Source: an uncultured Actinomycetes bacterium (GTDB lineage: Bacteria > Actinomycetota > Acidimicrobiia > IMCC26256 > DASPTH01). From it: a stretch of 64,000 nt of DNA. Shown here piece by piece: positions 16,744 to 26,850 of the stretch. The notes under the pieces were generated by a model. It made no database searches. It was not told where the DNA came from and worked only from the letters and a program-made list of their open reading frames with translations. The DNA is taken from positions 820,028 to 884,027 of the forward strand of contig CAVZKC010000004.1 of assembly GCA_963775795.1 (NCBI GenBank), given 5' to 3'. Each line of letters starts with the position of its first letter. Position 1 is the stretch's first letter. The position numbers and the translations under genes were made by a program.

Positions 16744-17861
16744 GAGCGCTCTCGCGCGGGTTGCTCCGGGTCGCTGCGATCGGCTCGTTCGTGGTCGGCA
16801 TCATGCTCGCGACGGCGTCGCCCGCCGCCGCCCACGGCGTCGGCGGCGTGTCCCCGACCGACTACACGACCCGGATCGTGTCGGTGACTCCGACGGTCGA
16901 CGGGCTCACACTCCGGACGGTCGACCTCGGGCAGCGGTTCGAGCTCACGAACCGCGGCACCCGTGACGTGGTCGTGCTCGGCTACGACGGTGAGCCGTAC
17001 TTGCGAGTTGGGCCCCGAGGCGTGTTCGAGAACTCGCACTCCCCCGCGACGTATCTGAACCGATCGTTCACGCCGACCGGTCGCCCCCCGACCATCGCAG
17101 ACCCCACGGCCCCACCCGCATGGCATCGCACCAGCGCCGGCCACACCGTGCGGTGGCACGACCATCGGGCGCACTACATGGGCATCGACGACCCACCGGT
17201 CGTGCAGCGCGACCGGAGCCATCGGCATGTGGTCCAGTTGTGGGAGATCGACCTGCGCCGCGGATCGACGACCATCGTCGCCAAGGGAGACGTCGTCTGG
17301 GTGCCGCCGCCGTCACCCTGGCCGTGGCTCGTCCTCGCCGCCGCGCTCGCGGTCGGCGTGTTCTTCGGGACGCGCGGTGCACGCCGGGCCCGTTTCGTGG
17401 CGCCGGTGCTGGCGACGCTGATCGCGGCGGAGACGCTGCACGTGATCGGCCTGTGGGGTGCCACGACCGCGTCGACGGGCAGCCTCCTGCTCCAGAGCGC
17501 GTATTCAGCCGGTGGCATCGTGATCGGCCTGGTCGCGCTCGTGTGGGTCGCACGACGCGGGGCGGTCGCCGCCGCGCCCGGCGTGCTGGTCGCCGCGTTG
17601 TTCCTGCTCGTCGCGGGCGGCCTCGCGGACATCCCCTCGCTGAGCCACTCGCAGATCCCGACGACTTTCTCGCCCGCCGTCACCCGCACCCTCGTCACCG
17701 TGCTGCTGGGTGGCGGGGCCGGCCTCGCGATCACCGCCGCTCTCCGCCTGCGCCTGCCACCGGCGGCGACGGTGACCTCACGCGGCGCGCCCGTACCCAC
17801 CCCGGTGCGGACGGGCACGAGCTCGGGCGGCACGACTGCCTCGGACGGGCCCGGCCCCTAG
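16740..17861 (+). CDS. exported His-rich domain protein with about 5 C-terminal TM helices (unknown family)
   Basis: GTG 16740 overlaps the sigma stop (GTGA). Signal peptide ...ASPAAA|HGVGG. His clusters WHDHRAHYMG and DRSHRHVV. C-terminal half is hydrophobic. Confidence 0.65.
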   Translation: MRALSRGLLRVAAIGSFVVGIMLATASPAAAHGVGGVSPTDYTTRIVSVTPTVDGLTLRTVDLGQRFELTNRGTRDVVVLGYDGEPYLRVGPRGVFENSHSPATYLNRSFTPTGRPPTIADPTAPPAWHRTSAGHTVRWHDHRAHYMGIDDPPVVQRDRSHRHVVQLWEIDLRRGSTTIVAKGDVVWVPPPSPWPWLVLAAALAVGVFFGTRGARRARFVAPVLATLIAAETLHVIGLWGATTASTGSLLLQSAYSAGGIVIGLVALVWVARRGAVAAAPGVLVAALFLLVAGGLADIPSLSHSQIPTTFSPAVTRTLVTVLLGGGAGLAITAALRLRLPPAATVTSRGAPVPTPVRTGTSSGGTTASDGPGP

Positions 17862-17871
17862 ACTGAGAATC

Positions 17872-18660
17872 ATGCTCAATTCCGAGGCGTCGACGCTTCG
17901 GCCGCTCCCCACCGGTGAGATCGTGCTGGCGGCCCACCACGTCTCGTTCTCCTACGGAGCCGAGCGCGTGCTCGACGACGTCAGCCTCGAGGTGCGCGCC
18001 GGCGAGTTCGCCGCCCTGGCCGGCCCCAACGGGTCGGGCAAGTCCACGCTGCTCCGGGTGCTGCTCGGGCTGGCGCCACCGAATGCCGGCACCGTGCAGA
18101 CGTTCGGCGTGGCACCCGGATCGCTGCGCGACCGCTGGCGGGTGGGGTACGTGCCCCAGCGTTCCCGCATCGGCACCGAGCTTCCCGCCACGGTCGAAGA
18201 GGTCGTCGCCACGGGGCGTCTCGCGCGGCTCGGCTGGTGGCGCCGCCTGCGGGCCGCCGACCGCGCCGCCGTCGACCATGCGCTCGAGTCGGTCGCGCTC
18301 GCCCCCCAACGGCGGAGGCGCCTGAGCGAGCTCTCGGGCGGTCAGCAGCAGCGCGCGCTCATCGCGCGCGCGCTGGCCGCCGAGCCGGAGCTGCTCGTGC
18401 TCGACGAGCCGATCGCCGGGGTCGACGCGGAGTCGCAGCGGCTCTTCCGCGACTCGCTCGTCCATCTGCAACGCGAGCACGGCGCCGCGGTCTTGCTCGT
18501 GTCGCACGAGCTCGGTGCGGTCGCCGACGATCTCGACCACCTCGTCGTGCTCAAGCGTCGGGTCCTGTTCGACGGACTGCCCGGTGACCTCGCCGCGACC
18601 GGCGTGAGCCTCGGCATCCACGGCGACGACCTTCCCCGCTGGCTCGAAGACCTCGGCTGA
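17872..18660 (+). CDS. metal (Zn/Mn-type) ABC transporter ATP-binding protein
   Basis: Walker A GPNGSGKST, signature LSGGQQQR, Walker B LLVLDEP. ZnuC/MntB-like length and order with the ABC-3 permease. Confidence 0.9.
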   Translation: MLNSEASTLRPLPTGEIVLAAHHVSFSYGAERVLDDVSLEVRAGEFAALAGPNGSGKSTLLRVLLGLAPPNAGTVQTFGVAPGSLRDRWRVGYVPQRSRIGTELPATVEEVVATGRLARLGWWRRLRAADRAAVDHALESVALAPQRRRRLSELSGGQQQRALIARALAAEPELLVLDEPIAGVDAESQRLFRDSLVHLQREHGAAVLLVSHELGAVADDLDHLVVLKRRVLFDGLPGDLAATGVSLGIHGDDLPRWLEDLG

Positions 18661-18693
18661 TGGGGGCAGACCTCATCTGATGGGGAGGGCGAA

Positions 18694-19557
18694 ATGATGG
18701 GGATGCCGTGGTCGCTGCCGTGGCCGTTCGACCGCGAATACATGCAGCTGGCGTTGCTGGCGGGCATCGTGGTCGGCGCGACCGCGCCCCTGATCGGCAC
18801 GTTCATGGTGCAGAAGGGCGTCTCGCTCCTGGGTGACGGGCTGGGCCACGTCGCGGTGGCGGGCATCGGCGCCGCGCTGCTCTTCGACACGTCGCCGACG
18901 TGGACGGCGATGGCGGCCGCGGTCGCCGCGGCGCTCCTCATCGAGTGGCTCCGCGAGCACGGGGGAACGACCGGCGACCTCGCGCTTGCGCTCGTGTTCT
19001 ACGGAGGCATCGCCGCCGGCGTCGTGCTCGCCAGCCGGTCGGCGACCAACACCAACCTCCAGCCCTACCTGTTCGGCTCGATCCTCACGACCACCGAGCG
19101 CGACGTGTGGACGGTCGTCGCGCTCGGCGTGGCGATCATCGGCGTCGTCGCGATCACCGGTCGCGCGTTGCTCGCCGTCGTGCTCGACGAGGACGCGGCT
19201 CGCGTGTCCGGCATCCCCGCACGCACACTCAACGCGCTGCTCGCGGTGCTGACCGCCGTCACCGTGGTCGCGGCGATGCGGATCGTCGGCGTGCTGCTCG
19301 TCGCCGCGCTCATGGTCCTGCCCGTCGCCACGAGCCGCCTGCTGGCAGGGTCGTTCCGGGCCACGCTGCTGCTGGCGACGGCGGTGGGCGTGCTCTCGGC
19401 CGTGCTCGGCCTCGCGGCCGCGCGAGCCTGGGCCCTCGCAGCCGGCGGCGCGATCGTGCTCGTGGCCGCAACCCTGTTCGCGCTGACCTCGGTGTTCGTC
19501 GGCGCGCGGCGAGCCGGTCTCCAGGGTCGTTCGCTCCTGTCCGGTCCTCCCGGTTAG
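18694..19557 (+). CDS. ABC-3 family metal ABC transporter permease (ZnuB-like)
   Basis: FMQLALLAGIVVGATAPLIGTFMVQKGVSLLGDGLGHVAVAGI... is typical of ABC-3 permeases. About 8 TM helices. Confidence 0.9.
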   Translation: MMGMPWSLPWPFDREYMQLALLAGIVVGATAPLIGTFMVQKGVSLLGDGLGHVAVAGIGAALLFDTSPTWTAMAAAVAAALLIEWLREHGGTTGDLALALVFYGGIAAGVVLASRSATNTNLQPYLFGSILTTTERDVWTVVALGVAIIGVVAITGRALLAVVLDEDAARVSGIPARTLNALLAVLTAVTVVAAMRIVGVLLVAALMVLPVATSRLLAGSFRATLLLATAVGVLSAVLGLAAARAWALAAGGAIVLVAATLFALTSVFVGARRAGLQGRSLLSGPPG

Positions 19558-19583
19558 CCTGCGCTTTTTGCTGGGGGGTACGC

Positions 19584-20381
19584 GTGCCGGAACAGACGTG
19601 GACGCCTGAACAGCTGCGCGCCGAGGTCGCGTCGCGAACGTGGTTCCACACGATCGACCTCGGCCGCGGGATCAGAACGCCCGGCGAGAAGGACACCAAC
19701 GCCGAGGTCGACCACATGCACCTCCCTGACCTCACCGGTCGCACCGTCCTCGACATCGGCGCGTACGACGGGTACTACTCGTTCGTGGCCGAGCAACGCG
19801 GCGCTTCACGGGTGCTGGCCACGGACAGCTGGACCTGGAACTGGCCCGGTGCTGACGCGCGGCGGAACTTCGAGCTGGCGCACGAGGTGCTGGGTAGCCG
19901 GGTGGAATCACAAGTCATCTCTGTCGAAGACCTCAGACCGGAGACGGTGGGCGGGACGTTCGACGTGGTGCTGTTCCTCGGCGTCCTCTACCACGCGCCC
20001 GATCCGATCGGGTACCTGCGGCGCGTGCGCGACGTCACCGCCGGTGTCGCCATCGTGGAAACTCTCGTCGACCTGCTCGACATCCCCGTCCCGGCCGCGG
20101 CCTACTACCCGGGCGGCACGCTCAACCACGACGCGAGCAACCAGTTCGGTCCCAACGCCCTCGCGGTCACCGCCTGGCTCATGGAGGCCGGGTTCAGTCG
20201 GGTGGTCGAGTTCGAGCCGTGGCACACCAACCCGGTCTGGGCGGTTGCCGGACCTCCGCCCCCGCCCGTCCCCCTTCACGGGATCCCCCGGATCGTCCGC
20301 GGCGTCAAGCACCGCCTTCCGAAACGGCGGCGCAAGCGCATCGCCCGCAGCGGACGGATGGTCTTCCACGCGTACGTCTAG
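19584..20381 (+). CDS. class I SAM-dependent methyltransferase (CmoB/DUF1698-like)
   Basis: In-frame GTG 19584. SAM motif I TVLDIGAYDGYYSF and post-I region DVVLFLGVLYHAPDP. Confidence 0.7.
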   Translation: MPEQTWTPEQLRAEVASRTWFHTIDLGRGIRTPGEKDTNAEVDHMHLPDLTGRTVLDIGAYDGYYSFVAEQRGASRVLATDSWTWNWPGADARRNFELAHEVLGSRVESQVISVEDLRPETVGGTFDVVLFLGVLYHAPDPIGYLRRVRDVTAGVAIVETLVDLLDIPVPAAAYYPGGTLNHDASNQFGPNALAVTAWLMEAGFSRVVEFEPWHTNPVWAVAGPPPPPVPLHGIPRIVRGVKHRLPKRRRKRIARSGRMVFHAYV

Positions 20382-20443
20382 CTTCGTCACCGGGCCCACC
20401 ACGGGCACACGCCCGGCGATTGGTCGTCGCTAGCCTCGTGCTC

Positions 20444-20866
20444 GTGCCTTCGGTTTTCACCCGCATCATCGACGGCCAGCTGCCCGGCCGGTTCGTCTGG
20501 CGCGACCCGGAGTGCGTCGCGTTCCTCTCCATTGAGCCGATGCACACCGGTCACACGCTCGTGGTTCCCCGCGTCGAGATCGATCACTGGATCGACCTCG
20601 AGCCGACGCTCGCCGCCCACTGCTTCCAGGTCGCGCAGACCATCGGGCGCGCCCAGCAGGAGGCGTTCGGGCCGCGGCGGATCGGCATGATGATCGCGGG
20701 CGACGAGGTGCCCCACACCCATCTCCACGTCGTGCCGTTCGACCGCGTATCGGAGCTCTCCTTCGCCACCGTCGACCATGATCCAGCCCCGGCTTCGCTC
20801 GACCGGGCAGCTGCAGCCATCCGCGCTGCGCTGGTGACCCTCGGCGCCGAGCACGCCGCCGAGTAG
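20444..20866 (+). CDS. HIT-family (histidine triad) protein
   Basis: VPSVFTRIIDGQLPGRFVW... start and histidine triad HTHLHVVP. Confidence 0.85.
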   Translation: MPSVFTRIIDGQLPGRFVWRDPECVAFLSIEPMHTGHTLVVPRVEIDHWIDLEPTLAAHCFQVAQTIGRAQQEAFGPRRIGMMIAGDEVPHTHLHVVPFDRVSELSFATVDHDPAPASLDRAAAAIRAALVTLGAEHAAE

Positions 20867-20878
20867 TAGCGGCGCACC

Positions 20879-22174
20879 GTGGGAGACCGACACCGCGAAT
20901 GGATCGAGCGTGACGCGGCGACCGTGTGGCACGGCTTCACGCAGATGGCGACCTACGCCCGGAACGCACCGATCGTCGTCGCCGGTGCGGACGGCCACGA
21001 GCTCATCGACGTCGACGGCCGCCGCTACCTCGACGCTATCTCCTCCCTCTGGGTGAACACGCTCGGTCACCGCGTTCCGGAGCTCGACGACGCGCTTCGC
21101 GAGCAGCTCGACCGGGGTGCGCACTCGACCATGCTCGGCAACGGGAACGAGATCGTGATCGAGCTGTCGGAAGCGCTGGCGCGGGTCGTCCCTGTCGACG
21201 CACCACACCTCCTCTACGCGTCGGACGGCGCGTCCGCGGTGGAGCAGGCGCTCAAGATCGCGTTCCAGTACTGGGTGAACCGCGGCGTCGAAGGTCGAAC
21301 GACGTTCCTCGGGTTCGGCGGCGCGTACCACGGCGACACGCTCGGTGCGCTCTCGGTCGGCGACGACGGGTTCGGCAGCTCGCTGTTCGACCCGCTTCGA
21401 TTCCCGGTGTTCCGGGCGCCCGGCTTCGCGGACCCGTCGTGCTTCGCCACGGCGTGCGCGCTGGTGGCCGAGCACGCGCACCGCATCGCCGCGGTGGTGG
21501 TCGAACCGCTCGTGCAGGGCGCGGGCGGGATGCACCTCGGCGATCCCGACGGCCTGGCCGAGCTCGGACGTGCCTGCGCCGAACACGACGTGCTGCTGAT
21601 CTGCGACGAGGTCGCCACCGGCTTCGGGCGCACCGGCACGCTGTTCGCGAGTGAGCAGTGCGGCCTGCGCCCCGATCTCCTCGTGCTCGGCAAGGGCCTT
21701 ACCGGCGGCTACATCCCGATGTCGGCCACGGTGGCGAACGAGCGGGTGTACGCCGCCTTCCTCGGTGCGGACCTCGGACCGAGCACCCTCTACCACGGGC
21801 ACTCCTACGGGGGGAACGCGCTCGGGGCCGCTGTGGCGCTGCGACATCTGGAGCTGCTCGAGGCGTGGGACGTCCTCGCCAACGTGCGCGCGCGATCGGC
21901 CGAGCTACGGGCATTGCTCGACGACCGGATCGCCCCGCACCCCGCCGTCGCCGACGTGCGGCTCGCGGGCCTCATGGGCGGCGTGGAGCTGGCGCCCCCG
22001 CGCGACGGGCTCCGGTGGGGGCGGCAGGTGTCGGCCGGCGCGGTGGAGCGGGGCGTGCTGCTGCGCCCGCTCGGCGACGTCGTGGTGCTCGTCCCGCCGC
22101 TCACTGTCCGCTCGGAGGAGTTGCACCGGGTTGTCGGCGTGCTCGCCGAAGCGCTGGACGACGTCTCGCCATGA
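20879..22174 (+). CDS. bioA: adenosylmethionine-8-amino-7-oxononanoate aminotransferase
   Basis: WHGFTQM...SSLWVNTLGH...AYHGDTLGALSVG...DEVATGFGRTG. Followed by bioF and bioD. Confidence 0.92.
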   Translation: MGDRHREWIERDAATVWHGFTQMATYARNAPIVVAGADGHELIDVDGRRYLDAISSLWVNTLGHRVPELDDALREQLDRGAHSTMLGNGNEIVIELSEALARVVPVDAPHLLYASDGASAVEQALKIAFQYWVNRGVEGRTTFLGFGGAYHGDTLGALSVGDDGFGSSLFDPLRFPVFRAPGFADPSCFATACALVAEHAHRIAAVVVEPLVQGAGGMHLGDPDGLAELGRACAEHDVLLICDEVATGFGRTGTLFASEQCGLRPDLLVLGKGLTGGYIPMSATVANERVYAAFLGADLGPSTLYHGHSYGGNALGAAVALRHLELLEAWDVLANVRARSAELRALLDDRIAPHPAVADVRLAGLMGGVELAPPRDGLRWGRQVSAGAVERGVLLRPLGDVVVLVPPLTVRSEELHRVVGVLAEALDDVSP

Positions 22175-23313
22175 TGGTCCCGGGAACATGGCGCGACTGG
22201 GCGGCGGCCGAGCGGGACGCGGTCCACGCGCAGGGGCGATGGCGCGCGCCCCGCTCGTTCGACGCACAGGGAGTCGAGGGAACGCTGGCCCCGGACGGCG
22301 ATCCGGTCGTGTCGTTCGCGTCCAACGACTACCTGGGGCTGACCCGCCACCCGGCCGTCGTCGAGGCCGCGCACCACGCGCTCGATCGCTGGGGAACCGG
22401 TGCCGGTGCCGCGCGCCTGATCGTGGGGGCCCGGCCCGTCCACGAAGAGCTCGAGCAGGCGATCGCGGCGTGGAAACAGTGCCCCTCGGCGGTGCTCTTC
22501 GGCACCGGCTTCGCGGCCAACCTCGGTGTCCTCACGACGTTCGGCGGCCCGGACGTGCTCGTCTGCTCCGACGAGCTCAACCATGCGTCGATCGTCGACG
22601 GGCGCCTTCTCGCGGGCTCCGAGCTCGCGGTCTACCCGCACCTCGACGCCGCCTACGCCGACAAGATCATGGACGAAGCCCGCCGGCGGCGCAAGGCAAC
22701 GCGTCTCGTTCTCGTCAGCGAGACGGTGTTCTCGATGGACGGCGACGTCGCGCCGGTGCGCGACCTCATGGACGTCTGTGCGCGCCACGGTGCACTGCTC
22801 GTCCTCGACGAGGCCCACGCAGTGCTCGGCCCCGAGGTCGAACCCGACCCCGCGGTGGACGTGCTGCGTGTTGGGACGCTCTCGAAGACCCTCGGCGCGC
22901 TCGGAGGATTCGTCGCCGGCGCGACCGAGCTCACCGAGCTGCTCGTCAACCGAGCGCGCTCCTACATCTTCACGACCGCGTCGACGCCGGCCGACAGTGC
23001 CGCCGCGTTGGCGGCCATCAGAGTGCTCCGGTCGCCCGAGGGCGACGAGCTCCGGGAGCGGCTGCGCACGAACATCGATCGGCTGCGCCCCGGCCATCCG
23101 TCGCCGATCATCCCCTACCTGTGCGGCGACGAGCAGCGTGCGCTCGCAGTCGCCGAACGCCTGCTCGCCGAAGGCTTCCTGTGTACCGGGATCCGTCCGC
23201 CCACGGTCCCGCCCGGCACGTCGCGCCTGCGCGTCACGGTGTCGGCAGCCCATTCGCCCGACCAGGTCGATCGGTTCGCCCGCCTGCTCCACGAGCTCTT
23301 CCCCGCGCCGTGA
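22171..23313 (+). CDS. bioF: 8-amino-7-oxononanoate synthase
   Basis: ATG 22171 overlaps the bioA stop (ATGA). SNDYLGL..., DELNHASIVDG, SETVFSMDGD, GTLSKTLG (PLP lysine). Confidence 0.9.
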   Translation: MMVPGTWRDWAAAERDAVHAQGRWRAPRSFDAQGVEGTLAPDGDPVVSFASNDYLGLTRHPAVVEAAHHALDRWGTGAGAARLIVGARPVHEELEQAIAAWKQCPSAVLFGTGFAANLGVLTTFGGPDVLVCSDELNHASIVDGRLLAGSELAVYPHLDAAYADKIMDEARRRRKATRLVLVSETVFSMDGDVAPVRDLMDVCARHGALLVLDEAHAVLGPEVEPDPAVDVLRVGTLSKTLGALGGFVAGATELTELLVNRARSYIFTTASTPADSAAALAAIRVLRSPEGDELRERLRTNIDRLRPGHPSPIIPYLCGDEQRALAVAERLLAEGFLCTGIRPPTVPPGTSRLRVTVSAAHSPDQVDRFARLLHELFPAP

Positions 23314-23965
23314 ACGGGTCCCGGCCCGGGGCAGTCGCGTTCGTCAGTGGCACCGGCACCGAGGTCGGCAAGACGTGGTGGGGCTGTGCAACCGCGCGCC
23401 AGCTGCGGAGCCAGCGGCGCCGCGTGGCGGCACGCAAGCCCGCGCAGTCGAGCGAGGCCGGCGCGCCGACCGATGCGGCGCGCCTCGCCGCGGCCACCGG
23501 CGAGGAGCCGACGGAGGTGTGCCTCCCCCATCGGTCGTACGCGAGGGCCTGGGCACCGCCGTTCGCGGCCGACGCACTCGGAGAGCCGCCGTTCTCGATC
23601 GCGGAGCTCGTGGCAGAGCTCGACTGGCCCGAGGGCGTCGACGTCGGCCTCGTGGAGGGCGCGGGCGGACCGCGTTCACCACTCGCCGCCGACGGCGACA
23701 ATGTCGACTTCGCGCGCGCGCGTTGCGCCCCGAGCTCGTGGTCATCGTCGCCGACGCCGGACTCGGCACTATCAACGCAGTGCGCCTCGCCGTCGACGCG
23801 TTCGCCGGCTTGCCGACGGTCGTGGCGCTGAACCGCTTCGACCGTGACGACGACCTTCACGGGGTGAACTTCGCGCACTTGCGCGACGCGTGCGGGTTCG
23901 CGGTCGTGACGACACCCGTCGAGCTCGCCGCCCGTCTCACCCGCGAAGAACGTCGGCTTCCGTGA
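23310..23965 (+). pseudogene. bioD: dethiobiotin synthetase, apparent single-base frameshift in a (CG)n run
   Basis: GTG 23310 overlaps the bioF stop. Frame 1 reads AFVSGTGTEVGKTW...VEGAGGPRSPLAADGDNVDFARA. After the cgcgcgcgcgcg run at 23711-23722 the protein continues in another frame (LRPELVVIVADAGLGTINAVRL...VALNRF...). Total length 656 nt is not a multiple of 3. Confidence 0.8.
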
Positions 23966-24052
23966 GCGACCGCGGTGGCCGGACTAGCCGTGTTGCGCCA
24001 AGCGACCGCCGATCACGCCGCCTACCGCCCGCGCCGACCACGACGATCCTGG

Positions 24053-25365
24053 TCATGGGAACGAGGCCTCGGGGTCGACATCAGGCCCGGGGATCGGATC
24101 GACGGCCGCGACCGCGAGGATGGGCTCGGGCCGGATGTCGACGCGGGCGGGAGCCTCTTCCCGGGACGCACGGCTCAACACGAGCCCGCCGAGCACGAAC
24201 ACGATCGCGATCGCGCCGATGGCCACGGCCGCGCGCGCGGACACCGTGTCGGTCAGCCACCCGGTGAGCAGGGCGCCGAGCGGAGTCGTCCCCATCACGC
24301 CCATGTAGTAGAGGCTCATCACCCGCCCGAGGAAGTCGGGGCGGGTGTTCTGCTGGATGTAGGTCTGAGAGGTGGTCTGGTAGACGACGAACGCCACCCC
24401 GAGGATCGTCATCGACGCCAGATACACGGCCAGCGTCGGCGCGAGGGCTTGCACCGCTAAGGCCGTGCCCAGCAGCGCGCACGCGCCCTCGTACACACGC
24501 ATCGTCGCTCGATGGAAGTAGCGCGCGAGCAGGAGTCCGCCGAGCACCGAGCATGCCGCGTTGATCGCGTGCGAGGCACCCACCACCCCGGAACCCTCGT
24601 GGAAGACGAACGTGAGCATCGCCGGAACCAGCGTGAGGAAGTTGAATGCGAAGAGACCGATCACGGCGTTCGCCACCATCAGTGCACGGAGACCGGGATG
24701 GCCCCAGACGTAGCGGAACCCCTCGCGGATCTGTCCCCGATCGCGCTGTCGATGCTCGCGGGGAAGAGGTCGCGCGTACGCATCGCGAACATGGCGGCTA
24801 TCACGAAGAGGAACGACACTGCGTTTCCGAAGAAGCAGAACTGGGGCCCCTTCCAGGCGTACAGCAGACCGCCGATCGCGGGGCCGGCGAGGCGGGCGAT
24901 CGAGACGAGGATCGTGTTCATGGTCACCGCGCTCGCGATCGCGTTCGGTGCGACGAGCTCGGGCAGCAGCGCCTGCGCGGACGGGCGGTCGAACACTTGG
25001 AAGCAGCCCATCAGGAACGCGAGCGAGATCACCCAGCCGTACGTGACGTGACCGGTCGCGGTGAGGATGCCAAGGGTGAGCGACTGGCAGGCGGCGAGTC
25101 CGGACGAAACGATGATCACGTGCCGTACGTTCAGGCGGTCCAGGAGCACGCCGGCCCAGGCGCTGAACAGCAGCACCGGCAGGAACTGGAGCGCGGCCGT
25201 CAGGCCCAGGGCCGACGCCTTGCCGGTGAGATGGAGGACCAGCAATCCCTCGGCGAGCAGCTGCAGCCAGGTGCCCATGTTGGACAGCATCTGCCCGCCG
25301 AAGTACAGCCGGTAGTTCCGATAGCCGAGCGCCTGCGACGGGCGTTCGGTTCGCGTTGCGGGCAT
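24053..25365 (-). pseudogene. MFS transporter (MFS_3/EntS-like), apparent frameshift near 24735-24760
   Basis: The N-terminal half (ORF 24679-25365) ends in out-of-frame junk. The C-terminal frame (ORF 24053-24679) extends upstream as ...DRGQIREGFRYVWGHPGLRALMVANAVIG, the canonical mid-protein motif. The shift sits at a G4 run (atcggggaca). Confidence 0.75.
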
Positions 25366-25444
25366 TGCCCGGACGCTACCTGTCCACTCCCGACCCGCGA
25401 ATTCGACGCGCGGCGCTCAGCGCATCGCTACGTCCGCCCCCGCG

Positions 25445-25729
25445 TCATGCCTTCCATCGCGCCGCGGGGTCGATCACCCGAATCGGAAGGTTTTCCGCGA
25501 TCCGATCACGTGCCGGGCTCATGCGCGTGCACCCGAGCACAATGGACTTCGCTCCCGCGGCCGCCGCGGCACGTGCTTGCTCCCACCCGCGCTCGAGCAA
25601 CCCGCCGCCACCGGCCCGCGGCTCGTGCACCTGGCTGTCGCCGGGCATGACGTTCTCGTTGTTCCGGGCGGCAAGAATGGTGGATCGTCGAGGAGCTGGA
25701 TCGAGGTGCATCGATGGCCGTTCCCGCAC
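25445..25729 (-). pseudogene. C-terminal remnant of an Asp/Glu/hydantoin-racemase-family gene
   Basis: Only the last ~70 residues look real (...GAKSIVLGCTRMSPARDRIAENLPIRVIDPAARWKA). The upstream part is missing and the ORF collides with the ald start. Confidence 0.4.
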
Positions 25730-26850
25730 CGCTCGTGGTGGGCGTGCCGCGTGAGACCAAGGAGGGTGAGCACCGCGTCGCGATCACCCCCGACGGCGTG
25801 CATGAGCTGGTTGTCAACGACGTGTCGGTGCTCGTCGAGCGGGACGCGGGTGCGGGAAGCGCCATTCCCGACGACGTCTACCGCGCCGCGGGTGCCGAGA
25901 TCGTGCCGACCGCCGACGACACGTGGAGACGCGCCGACCTCGTGCTCAAGGTGAAGGAGCCCCAAGCGGGTGAGCTGGAGCATCTCCGTCCCGGGCTCGT
26001 CCTCTTCACCTATCTCCATCTCGCGGCCTATCCCACGGTCGCCGACGCGCTGCTCGACCGCAAGGTGCTCGGCATCGCGTACGAAACCGTCCAGGTCGAC
26101 ACCGGCGCGCTCCCGCTGCTCGCCCCGATGAGTGAGGTCGCGGGGAGGATGGCGCCCCAGATCGGTGCGCACTTCCTCGAGCGCGAGCACGGCGGACGCG
26201 GCGTCCTGCTCGGCGGCGCACCCGGGGTGCGACCCGCGCGGGTCGTGGTGCTGGGCGCAGGGAACGTCGGGTGGAACGCCGCGTGGATCGCGCAGGGCAT
26301 GGAGGCGGAGGTGCTGCTGTTCGACCGCAACATCGACCGGTTGCGGTTCGTCGACCAGATCCACCGCGGGCGGATCATGACGCTGGCGAGCACCCGTCTC
26401 GCCGTCGAACGGGCCGTCGCGGACGCAGATCTCGTCATCGGTGCCGTGCTCGTGCCGGGTGGGCGCGCCCCGGTGGTCGTGACGGAGCGGATGGTTGGGT
26501 CGATGCGCCCCGGAGCCGTGATCGTCGACTGCGCGATCGATCAGGGCGGCTCCGTCGCGGGAATCCGCGAGACGTCCCACGCGGAACCCGTCTACGAGCG
26601 GCTCGGAGTTCTGCACTACGCGGTGGGCAATGTCCCCGGCGCCGTGCCCCACACGTCGACCTACGCGCTGACGAACGCCACGCTCCCGTACGCGGTAGCG
26701 CTGGCGACTCGCGGCGTCCGCGCCGCGGTCGCGTCGGATTCCGCGCTCGGCCTGGGCGTGAACACGGTTGATGGCGCGGTGACCAACCCCGTGGTGGCCG
26801 CGGCGCTGCACCGACCCGTGGTCGATCTCGCCGACGCCCTCGCCACCTGA
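25714..26850 (+). CDS. ald: alanine dehydrogenase
   Basis: VGVPRETKEGEHRVAITP..., VLGAGNVGWNAA Rossmann motif, 378 aa full length. Confidence 0.92.
   Translation: MAVPAPLVVGVPRETKEGEHRVAITPDGVHELVVNDVSVLVERDAGAGSAIPDDVYRAAGAEIVPTADDTWRRADLVLKVKEPQAGELEHLRPGLVLFTYLHLAAYPTVADALLDRKVLGIAYETVQVDTGALPLLAPMSEVAGRMAPQIGAHFLEREHGGRGVLLGGAPGVRPARVVVLGAGNVGWNAAWIAQGMEAEVLLFDRNIDRLRFVDQIHRGRIMTLASTRLAVERAVADADLVIGAVLVPGGRAPVVVTERMVGSMRPGAVIVDCAIDQGGSVAGIRETSHAEPVYERLGVLHYAVGNVPGAVPHTSTYALTNATLPYAVALATRGVRAAVASDSALGLGVNTVDGAVTNPVVAAALHRPVVDLADALAT

Noticed and set aside
24053-25365. Treating ORFs 24053-24679 and 24679-25365 as two separate small transporter genes
   Set aside because: The C-terminal frame extends upstream through a conserved mid-protein MFS motif with no start codon, and the N-terminal ORF ends in junk. 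A single frameshifted gene explains both.
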